A stretch of DNA of 64,000 nt from Raillietiella orientalis (lineage: Eukaryota): NCBI GenBank assembly GCA_036172245.1, contig JAYWIR010000027.1, positions 372,001 through 436,000 on the forward strand, given 5' to 3'. The notes under the pieces were generated by a model, which was given only the letters and a program-made list of their open reading frames with translations, ran no database searches and was not told where the DNA came from. The position numbers and the translations under genes were made by a program. Positions 23,501 through 33,652 of this stretch are shown in pieces (the first letter of the stretch is position 1; every line of letters begins with the position of its first letter).

Positions 23501-26288
23501 AAGGGTGTCCAAGGAAGTTGTGAACCGTTCTCTTTCTCTCTGACCCGTATTGGGAGGAAGGCGTGACATGGTGCCTTCTTCTACGAGTGCTATTCTGTCG
23601 GTGCATTCGCGCACACGCATCCTTGCGACGGAAATGTTGGTGGCACCGGCTTTTGGCTTTAGAACCCTTCTGCAGGAATGGTACAGAGCGTACCGTTTCC
23701 CTTGCGGCGCGTGCAGCTTCTCTATTGCTGGAGGGTGCGGACCTCGCCGCCAAGCGCAGAAACCATCACGGAAATCCCTGCTTACTTGATTGGTGTCTGC
23801 TCTGTCTCGTTGGCATTTGCATCGGGTATGGGAGTTCCCTCGACGTCTGCTTCTCTAAATGGAGACAAGAATTTCTTTTTCAGTCTTCCGTCGGTGGTAG
23901 GAAACTGTTGAAGGGGAATTCCGAGAACTGGAATTCGAGGGACTTTTTGAAGAGGGGTTGTCCCGAGACCAGTTCTTCCTGGTGCTCGGGCGATTCGCGG
24001 TTGCCGGCAAGCTCGATCGGAGGACGAGGTGCTCGTCCACTTGCAGAGCTGGTGAAACCTCGGGGTCTGCTCTTCTTGAGGATGGCGCCCCTACTGCCAC
24101 AGGAGCAGTGCAAGCCATGAGGGTCGTCCGTAGACCTCGCTGTGCATCTCTTCGTTCTGTTTTTCGGATTGGCTGCTTGTGATGTTCCTGGGGCACACAG
24201 TAGAAGGGCGACGTCCTGCTTGGTGTTCCCGTGGAGCTCCGCTACTTTCTGGAGTGTGAGGAGCAGGACGCGGAAGTCCAGGTACGCCCTACGGGGATCG
24301 TCGCGATGACCTTCGAGTCCAGCTGTGTCTGCGGATTCCGGTGGATGATCTCCCTCCGGAGATTGGAAGCGCAGCAGCGGCGCCTTGTCGCAGTGCTTGG
24401 CCTATATGGGGATCATGATCCCCTGGTCCTCCGTCACCCTGGATACAAGAGTTCCCAGTCCTCTGATGGAGAACGCCTGTGCCGGACGTCCTAGCATACG
24501 GAAGATCCCAGAAGCGACGATATCCAGGCGGCGAATGACCCTCGCGACGAGGGTGTATGGGGAGGAGGGAGGGGAAGTAGGAACGATCGACGAGTCCCCG
24601 ACATCGAATTCTCAGGAGTGCATGGCTGCCGGTCACGAAGCGCCAGTTTGCTGATCATGTCCTGGGAATTCTTGTCCTTGAATGGGGTGGATCCTCAGGA
24701 TCAGGACTCTTCGCAAAGCGGCGATCAGAAAAAGTACTCCACTATTCTCGTGCAACGGGACCTTTTCACGTGGGTCCTGCCACCGATACCCAATTCAGTT
24801 GGCGTCTCCGAGGCTTCAGCTTTGACCTTTAGCTTGGAATCACCCTGGTGTCCCGGCGGTTGAGTCTGGCGCAGATGACGGGGGTATGCTCTCCAGCAAA
24901 GCAGTGAACCAGTGAGCTTCTGCTGTGAGGAGCAGCGAAATTTCCGAATGGTTTTCTTCCGCTTCCAGTGAGCACTTGAAGGGAGCGTCATTTTTGAATC
25001 GGCTTATAGCCGGTAACCGACGACCCACTGAAGAATGTGTCGCATGCAGATGACCACCTTGCAAGCTCTATTGTATCACGGTTTGCGTTCGTTCTGGTTG
25101 GACTCCACGCTCCGCGTTGCAGCCACGTTCCGCCCCAAGATTCGCCGTTCCCTTGTTTCCACATCCTCTTCCAGACCTCCGGAAGTAGTCTTGGCACCGG
25201 GTCGGCATTCAACAGGTCGAGAAGGTGGATCCGTCTGCCATTCGCGGAGCATCTGCTCCGACCACTGTAGCGGGATGCCTGTGGCAACCAGTGATAGCCC
25301 GAGAGCCTTCCGGAAATGCCACTCTCGGGCGTGGGATGTTCAGCAAATCGAATTCCTCTTTAGAATGTTTCAGCCGGCAGCTCTGGAGACGAGAGTTGTT
25401 CGCGGATGCAGAGGAAAGTGCTTTGGCTCCGTCGATCTCTTGGCTTGTGAGAAGTTCTTCTGGAGTGGCCTTGCGCAACTGGATGGTTTTCCGTGGACCG
25501 TGGATGCATGGGGCGCGTTTGTACGTGATTGTGCGGTCAGTCGCATCCGAGAAACTTTTGCCCACCCCTAAAGTGGACAGTTTTTCGGAGATCATCGTGC
25601 GTTCTCTGTTCATCCTCGACAACGGGTTGTGCACATGCGTTTCTTGGAGATCCAGCGCTCGCTAGGCGGGCTGGAGGAGGTTGCATTGATGGAGGCTCTC
25701 CAGGCACTCAACCTACTGGTGGTCAGCATACCGTGCTTCCGAGGGCAGGTCTCCCTCTGGTGGGGCTGCACATTGTTGAAGGGCTCACGTAGCTTTGGAT
25801 TTTCGCACGGTTCTTCGTCCAAGAAATCAGTGCGATCCTCAGCTTCCGGAGCAAGCAGCACGGGCGAGTTTTCACGATCAAGAATTTTCGCGCGGACTCC
25901 GAAGAAGGGCGAGCCGCGATGCCCACACCCTCGCACAGAGCTTCCGGACGCTGCGTTCGGACCGCTCGCTCTTTCGCAATTCTCCCGAATGCCTAGGAGC
26001 TCCACGACCGCTCCTCCGGCAGGTCTTCCTCCTCCCCCCGGTGCATGAGAACCGGCTAGGCTGCAGCGTTAGCAGACGGCCCACTGTCCCTCTGCAATCA
26101 ACGGCATTGCGCACACATACAACCGGAAGGACCGCCTGCAGGCAAAAGGGAATTTGGTCTCTTTGGAGTTTTCTTGCGTATAAAAAAAAAAAAAGTAAGA
26201 AAGAGTACCTCTTGATCTCTTGCCCGTCACGCATGGCCGCTAAGCAGCAGCAGCAGCAAAGTAGCAGCAGCTGGATACGAGGAGACAT
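20515..26288 (-). CDS. Putative 4-exon gene for an unrecognised 133-aa secreted protein
   Basis: Exons 26288-26209, 26135-26085, 23273-23160, 20671-20515. All three introns are GT-AG phase 2 and join in frame: MSPRIQLLLLCCCCCLAAMRDGQEIKRRSFRLYVCAMPLIAEGQINHKTLHSLLREFLNALQGCMDQEQVDLRETTEDPNDKKNFTTVDEIIGAILEKLKNCIPIHVTKSEDEGYVVDVGPPAEEAAVGPSTR. Hydrophobic N-terminus; AATAAA downstream. Confidence 0.6.
23370..25650 (-). mobile_element. Decayed near full-length Penelope-like retroelement (RT + GIY-YIG) in the spacer
   Basis: Colinear frame-broken motifs: SKEEFDLL (N-term), KNSQDMISKL..EFDV..IVP (RT), AYLDFRV, LVSGQP (NGYP-like), ELPYP..KQG (linker), SIQES..P (GIY-YIG C-term); by eye. Confidence 0.5.
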
Positions 26289-27302
26289 GTCCGGATTTCC
26301 TGAAAAATGACTTCCGTGAAGTGGATGCGCGGGGGTGCGTGGATGAGGTCCATGCGGATTCTGCGTCTCGAGCGGCAGTTTCGGTCGCCCGCGCCCTTCG
26401 CGAAAATCCCACGCGCCTCGGCAAGCCCTGTGATGAATACGACTCACGGTCATTCTGCGTTCCCCCTGGAGGGCCCGGGACCTAACGGCCGGGCCCATCA
26501 GTCAGCAGTTCCCGCGGGCTGCTGGCTCCAGAGCTGCCGGAACGTGGTCTCCAGGCGCGACTCCAATCACCCTTCGAATCACGGATGCGAGGGCGCGGAC
26601 CTTACGGAGCTCGGCGCCGCACTGGAGCATCCGGTCGTCGCTGCCGGCTGAGCGGAGTTTCCCCAAGAGCGCGCCTCTTTAGCAGGGAAGCCGCGCCTCC
26701 CCAGACTGTCGCCAATGTGGGTCGCGCGAAAATCGGAATCGCTAAAGACACGGAGCTCTGCCGATCCCCCGCCCATCGTCCCTCGTAGAGCTCCTCCACT
26801 TACTGCGGTGCCCTCCAACCTCTCCCGGCAAAAGTCCCTAGAGGGCGCCGCTCCACTCCCACACGCGCGAGAGGCGAAATTCACTCTTCGAGGGGCGAGG
26901 ACCACAAACTCACCGCAACGCTGAAGATGCGTAGGGTCAGCTCCTCCCCGAAAGACGGCTGTTGTGCAAAACAAGTGATCGACCCTTTCCTTCTCGGACG
27001 AGCTTTATAAAGGGAAATTCGGAAAAGCGGAGGGCAGCAAGGAGAGGAGCCCACACGTCAAGCGGGCGGCTGGTTCTCCTCGATATCCCGTGCCTCTCCG
27101 TCTTTTGCAACACCAAAGTGGAACGAATCTCTCGGGACGCAGCAGGCAGAGTCCAGGATCACCTTACGTAGACCAAATTCCACCTAGCAAACTCCCAAAT
27201 CACGTGAAAAAGCAAAAATCGAAGTCCTGAAAGAGGGAGCAGCCGAGCTCGCTATCCAGGAGTACAAGCAAACCAATCGGCACATATCCACGTCCTCCAG
27301 AG

Positions 27303-29992
27303 GCAGGTGGACCTGAGAGAGACGACAGAAGATCCCAACGATAAGTAAGCAGTTTGAGCGATTCTCTGGCACTCAGGAGGCGTGAATGGCGAATGCCAAC
27401 AGGTGGAGAGCGACCTCTTTTCCTCCCGTGCCGGCGAGGCGTGACCCCCCCCTTTCTTCCCCGCTCTCCCTCGCCTCCCTCTCTCTCCGCACGCCAGGTC
27501 CTCGCCCGGAGTCCTCGCCGCCACCGACGCGTCTCCGCCGCATCCGCGCGCAGCAGCACCTTTCCCGGAATTCCTCTCTTCGTCTCGAACGAGAAAGCCG
27601 GATGCCGCTGCATTCGTTCCGCGGGTCCTCGTCCGCTGCTCACGTCGACGCCGGCGCTGTCGCTTCACGGAGAACCCAACGCCATCACTGCCGCACCGCA
27701 CCGCTGCCACTTTCGTTCCGCTTGCGCACGCTGCGTCGCTTCCGCCGACGGCCTCTGCTGCTCCACACACTTCGCCTTCCACCGCGCACGCGTGCCAACT
27801 CCGTGGACCCACGTGTCCCGCCGTATCCCGAGATGGGGAACGTCTCCGGTACCCCCACGCCGTCGCTGCACTTCAGGACCGCGTGCAGTTCGGCAAGGAA
27901 CGCGCGTGACGCGAGGCCAGGACGGAGACGGGGGTGCGGGGCGGGGAGGAGGAAGCCGAGTTTCACCATGGGGGACGCTTCCCGTATGCTCCCCGTGGCG
28001 ACGGCAAGGGCGAGGACCTCGGCGAAGCGAGGGAACCCCATTTTTCCGGGAGCGACGGAAAGCGGAAGCGGATGCGCCAAGGAGCTTCGGCTCTCTTCGC
28101 TCCGGGAGCACCGCCTCCTCCTCGCCCTCGAAGGAGGGGCGAAAGCCCAAAGACGGGATGGATGCGTCGGGAGGATTTCCCCAGACGTGGCGCTACCCTC
28201 TCCCCCGCCTCCCGGCACCCACCACGCTTCCCTGCCGGCTCGGCGTCTCGGGGTGCGTCCCCGAACCGAAGGATTCTTGCCCCCGGGGCGCGCTGGTCGA
28301 AGTGGAGCCGGCCCCTTCCCTCCGCGCTCCGTACTCGACGCTTCCTGAGAGAGCGGTGCAAAGAAGGGGCGTGCAAAAAGGGCGAGACTGGGAAGCGCGC
28401 GGGCGCTTCGCGTCGCTGCGCCCCGCACGAGTCCCCGATCCAACAAGAGGGCGGCTCCGTGCCTGCGCAACTTCGGCGCAGGCGAGACCGTGCGGTCGCC
28501 TCTTCCCGCCGGAGCGATCGTTTCCTTTTGGCTGCCCCACGCGCCGGCGAGGGTGGTCGAGGAGGACGACCGGGTGTGCGTGGCCCAAAGGTTAAGGAGG
28601 ATTCCCGCCTTTCTCTGGGGAGGAGGAGCGACAGACAGCTCACCCGCAACGTTCGTCGGCTTGCGCGCACTCGTCGCCAGGAGAGTGCTGGATGCGCGAC
28701 ACGCGTGCCGAGTGGGTGCGTGCGCGCACGGAGCGCGGGTGGCCACAGCCCAAGAAAGCGATGAAGGGAAGGGATGGGCGCATCCCTTCGGAGGTGGAGA
28801 GGGGAAGGGATCGCCGATCGCCTCGCAGGAAGCCAGCCGCCACGACCGCCTCCCGCGCGGATGGGACCGTCGGCGCCTGGAATCTGGCCACGGGAGAAGC
28901 AGGGATGTCGCTCTCCCGGCTCTCGAGACGCACCGCGCGGCGAAAGGCAATTTTCCTCGTCCTGCGTGCGTGCGCGGAAAGCCTCTCGCTGCTGCCCGAC
29001 CTTTCTCATGCGACACGCGCGTACTTCGGTTCGCTCGAGGGACGCGTAGGTGCGCGGGGGCCGCCCGCACAGGCGCTTCCTGGCGCTAACGCCCTGGCAG
29101 GGCGCTCGGCAGCCGTGTGCGCGCCTTCCCTCGCGTCGCACGCGTTCCGCGAGAGTCTCATGTCCGCCGCAGAGTTGCTGCTGCGGGCGCGCGGCTGCGG
29201 CGAACGGCCGCGCGGCTGCCGCGCGGTCGCCGCAACTCCTCCGCTCTGGATGACGGGAGGTCTTTGCAGACCGCTCGGCGACTTCGGTCGTGCGAGCGGC
29301 GAACCGCACGGGTCGGAGGCCGCGCACTGCCGCGCGGATGCCGTGGGCGGTCCCCTCGCGTCCAGGCTAGCGCGGCGGCGCCACGTGCGAGGCGCCAACG
29401 ACCAACGTCTGGGGTACGCTTCCGGAAGGGGCGCATCCTCGCGTTCCGCGGGCGATCCCTGACAAGAGAACAGGGAAGCTCGGCTTCCTGCTCCACGGGC
29501 GCGTCGGTTCCCTGCCGGAAGGATGGGTCCGGCCCGCAGCTGGCGGCGCGCGGATTGGGCCGGAAATCGCCTCTTCTCCCCCACTCGCCCCCGGGACGGT
29601 GAGACAGGGGTGACGGAAGGAGGGGTGTGCCCGCGGTAGTTTCTGGCAGCGCAGTGGTGGCAGGAGGTGCCGCTCCTCCCGGCCCGCTGTGAGCAGCCCT
29701 CATCCCTTCGGCCACGCCACCAGCCTTCCCCGTAGCAACGCGCCCGCGTCAACCAGGAGCTCGGGACGTTCGGGTGACGGAACTCCCTGCCCGGTCGGCC
29801 TGCGGATACTCAGTCGCTCCCCCCTCTCTTTCCAGGAAGAACTTCACTACCGTCGACGAGATCATCGGCGCACTACTCGAGAAACTGAAGAATTGCATCC
29901 CCATCCACGTCACGAAATCGGAAGATGAGGGCTACGTCGTGGATGTTGGTCCCCCCGCGGAAGAGGCCGCCGTCGGACCGTCCACGCGCTGA
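27303..29992 (+). pseudogene. 5'-truncated copy of the unrecognised secreted-protein gene (3' part of exon 3 at 27303-27344, exon 4 at 29836-29992)
   Basis: Same donor (GATAA|gtaagc) and last exon as the left copy, with one I>L change (GAILEK vs GALLEK). The upstream exon sequence is replaced at the arm boundary. Confidence 0.5.
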
Positions 29993-31939
29993 TGGGCGGT
30001 TGGCGAGCACCGCGGGTTGCGCCCACAAACCCGCCATCCCTCGAGGCCGTGGGTGGGCGACCTCGCAAGAGCGAATAAAGAAAGCACGCAGCGCTCGGCG
30101 CAGCGGCAGCTCATTGGCGTGCATGCCGGGTAAGAGGCCGGGCGTGCGCGCTCCCGACCTGAGGACAGGGGAACGGGACTTTCCCGAGGAGAAGATGCGG
30201 GAGCAGCAGCACCGCGGCCCTCGTGCCTCGTGTGCACTTGCGGCTCCGCCGGCAGCCTCCGTTGCGTTGGCACACACCGCGCAAGCGCGCGTGCGCCATC
30301 TACGGAGGAGGGCGGCGGTGGGAAGAGACGTGGCAGCGGACCAAAAGCCCTGAGGCAGCGGCAGGATCGACGGCCGACCCACGAGCGGCAGTCCTTTTGC
30401 GCCCACGTGCCGCCTCGGATGCTCCTTTGCGTGCGCGTCCGGCCACGTGCCGGCGCGGTTCTCGGAGGTGCGCGCGGTCGACGCGACCGCAGCACCCGCG
30501 ACCACCAGCAGTCGCCCGTGGAGCGGGCTGCCCCCAGGGCTGCCTCCGTCTCGTTTGCAGGGCAACCGCTCGCCGCGGCGGACTTTGGCAGCCGAAACGC
30601 GTCCTTTGGCTTCACCGGGAATCGCGGGCAGCTTCCTCTTCGCAGCTGCCGGGCGCGCCTCGTGGTTCAAAGGGACGTCGTGCCCTTCGGTCCACGCTCG
30701 CGACGAGGCGAGGAGGATTCCTGGTTTCAGCAGTCTGCATGGTCCGGATCCTCGGGTGGCTGGGAGCAATCGCGAAGTCGATCGCGAGAGGCTCCTTTTC
30801 GTTTTTCGTGCACTCTCCGGGGAGGCGGGAAGGGGCTGAAAGAAACGCCCGCAGCACCTTCCGCCCACGGGTCGCTTTCTTGCGAGTGTCCCAGCCGTTC
30901 GGCAGCCCGAGGTCGCCGCCATCGAGCGACCTTTTCGGCATGCTGGGGTGGGCCGCTCTCGCGTGGCATGGCGGTCCAGCAGCGTCCCGCGCCCTGTCGC
31001 ACACTTCGGGCGGGACTCCTCTCGCGGAAGGGGACTGCCCAGGATCCGGGCAGGTTTGGTGCGCCCCCTGGAGCCGCTGCCCGTTTTCATGCTTCCTCCG
31101 CGGTGCCGTGCGGCTCCGTTTTGCCGCCGGCCGCCTTCTCGCAGGCAGCGTGCGCCTGCCCTGCACACGCGGCGAGCGGAATGCTCTCTGCGTGCCGTCG
31201 GGCCTGTCCGTCGGCTTCGCTCGCAGGGGGCGCCCCGGAGCGAAACGCCCGCCCGGCGCTGCTCCTGGCGGCGGCGATTCTCGGCGAGAAAATCCCGAAT
31301 CCTCTTCCTCCCTTTCCATGCCAGCGCTCGCTTGCGACTGAGAGGGAAGAGCCTCAGGCAACTTTCAGGAATTTCTCCGAGTAGACGCGGCGACGAGCAC
31401 TTCAGAGATGGCGAGCGGGCGGTGCTGCGGAAGGCGCGGGTGACCTCGGGAGCGCTGCGCTCCCGGGATCCGATCGAAGAAGTGCTGCGCTCGCGGGTCG
31501 AAACGCTCAGGGCTGCGGGCGTCCTCGTCCCGTTCGCCCCTGCTGCCTCTGCTCCTTGCTGGAAATGGAAAGGCTGCGATGCGAACCGGCGGATGAGCAC
31601 CACGAACGCTGTCGCTTGGGAGACGCACGCGCGACGCTTCTTGCGGAACGGCACCTTTTGCGGAAGGAGCGGCCATTCGCAGGCGGAAGGCCACGCGCAG
31701 CAACTGCGGGGGAGCTCTGCTGGCGGGAAGGTTTCGTGCGGTCTCCCCTCTGCCGGTGCGAAGCGGCAGCTCGCGAGCGAAATCGGCAGCATCTGGAGAT
31801 GGCGCTGGACGTCGTTGCAGCGCCAGGTGGGACGCGCGAGCGCGCACGGCGTGTGTGCGAAATCCGTGAGGCAGCCTGCGCGCGCGCGTGCGTGGATATC
31901 GTCGTCGCCATGGCGGCGGCGTCCGTTGCCGCGAGAAAC

Positions 31940-31971
<32 letters not shown>

Positions 31972-32300
31972 GGATGCGTGCGGCTCGCGGTTGTCGTCCG
32001 CCGGGGGAAAGCAGCAGCAGTCCAGCGCGTGGCTGGAGCGCGTGTCGGAGCGAGCGATGACGTCAACGGGGCGGGTGCCGTCGTCGGTCGCCCGCCCGCG
32101 TCGGTGCATCGCCGCGAAGCGGAAGTCGACCGGCAGCGCCGCGCGTCGGCGTTCGCCAGCAACCTCGTCCGCGGGCGGCGGGAGCAACTGGTGGACGCAG
32201 GCGCGTTGCGTCACCGCCGCGGGTGAGCACGGCGTGCGGACGCGCGGGTCGTCGGCGCGCGAACGAAGACGACGTCCGGAGGAAGTGCCCTCGCGGGGAC

Positions 32301-32950
32301 ATGGAGCTGCCCGACGTGGGAAGGCACTGCTCGCTCGCCGGGTGCAATCGGCTAGGTACTGACTGACTGTCTGCGCGTGCGCTCCGTCTGCATGGATGGT
32401 GTGTTGTGGAAGGCCGCGTGCGGGGTGGATGCATTCGGGTGGGCAGTCCGGGAAGGATGCGGTGCTGCTTGCGTGTCGCGAACGTGGGTGGGTGGGTAGC
32501 GGAGGCGGAGAGGCGGGCGGGCGTGGGGCGGCGAGCCTGGAGATGCATGCCGAAATGGGTGCTTTGTGTCTTGGTGGCTGTCGGAGTTTTGCTCGTGTGC
32601 GCGCTTGGCGTGGCAGGCGACGCCCTGACGTTTCGTAGGGGAAGACGCTCCGGGGAAACTTGTCGCCGTTGCCGGGTTCCGTGGCTGGCTGGCTGGACGG
32701 CCGGTGGTGAGGTTGCGTAGTGCTGCTGCCATCGCGCGGGTGCGGTGTGCACTGCAGCGGGAAGGAGAGGAAGCGAGCGAGCGGCTGCATGTTGGTGTTT
32801 GCGGCCGGAGGGCGGCGCGAGTCCGTTCGGGAGGGGTGGGGGTGGAGGGGGGAACGCGACCTGCGGGGGAAGGGGAACGCGGGCAGGCAGGCGGGTGGGT
32901 GGGTGTTGTTCTTGCTTTCCCGTGTTGGCGTGCGGTGTTTGAAACGGCCG

Positions 32951-32981
<31 letters not shown>

Positions 32982-33652
32982 AGCGAGCGAGCGAGCGTCC
33001 ACGTGGCCGCGTGTGCTATGTGGTGCGTTTCAGATTTCTTGCCGGTCGTCTGCAACCTGTGCGGGCAGTGTTTCTGGTAAGTGGGGATGCGCGCGCCGTT
33101 CACGCAGTAACGGGCGCCAGCAAAGACCATTACCAGTACAGAGACCACGGGTGCGCTTGCATGCACCTGTTGGATGTGCGAGTGCCCACGTGCCCCATCT
33201 GCCAGGAGCCGGTGCCCGTGAAGAAAGGCGAGCTCGCGGATGCAGTCGTGAGCGAGCACATGGACCAACGTTGCCCGAAGCAGAAACGGCAGAAGGTGCG
33301 GGGGTCGGAGGCTGCGGAGTGGATGATAGCGGAGGTTCCGCCAGGATGGGCGGCGTTGCCAGGAGCGGGGATGTCACCGAAAGGAATTGGTGCCGTTCAC
33401 TTGCAGCCAATGCGGGCAGCAGTACTGCATCAGGCATCGCCACGGACAGGACCACGGCTGCGCTGCCGCCCAGCCACCGCAGACCGAGGGAACGGCGAGG
33501 TGGCAGCAGCTGCAGGGGGGATCGGTAAGCGTGGTGTTGGATTTGCGAATGGCGGAACTGCGCGGTAGACGGACGACGAGGCGCTGGCCTGGGCGCTGCA
33601 CGAGTCATCGCTGGCGCAAGAGAAACCCGGCAGCGGCTGTTTGCTGTGTTGA
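32301..33652 (+). CDS. ZFAND2: AN1-type zinc finger protein 2 (AIRAP/AIRAPL-like), right-arm copy, 178 aa
   Basis: Exons 32301-32355, 33034-33076, 33121-33295, 33345-33524, 33569-33652; no coding difference from the left copy noticed. Confidence 0.92.

Noticed and set aside
26916..26964. Hammerhead-like CTGAAGA..GAAA in the spacer
   Set aside because: Stem II pairs poorly and there is no UH cleavage triplet
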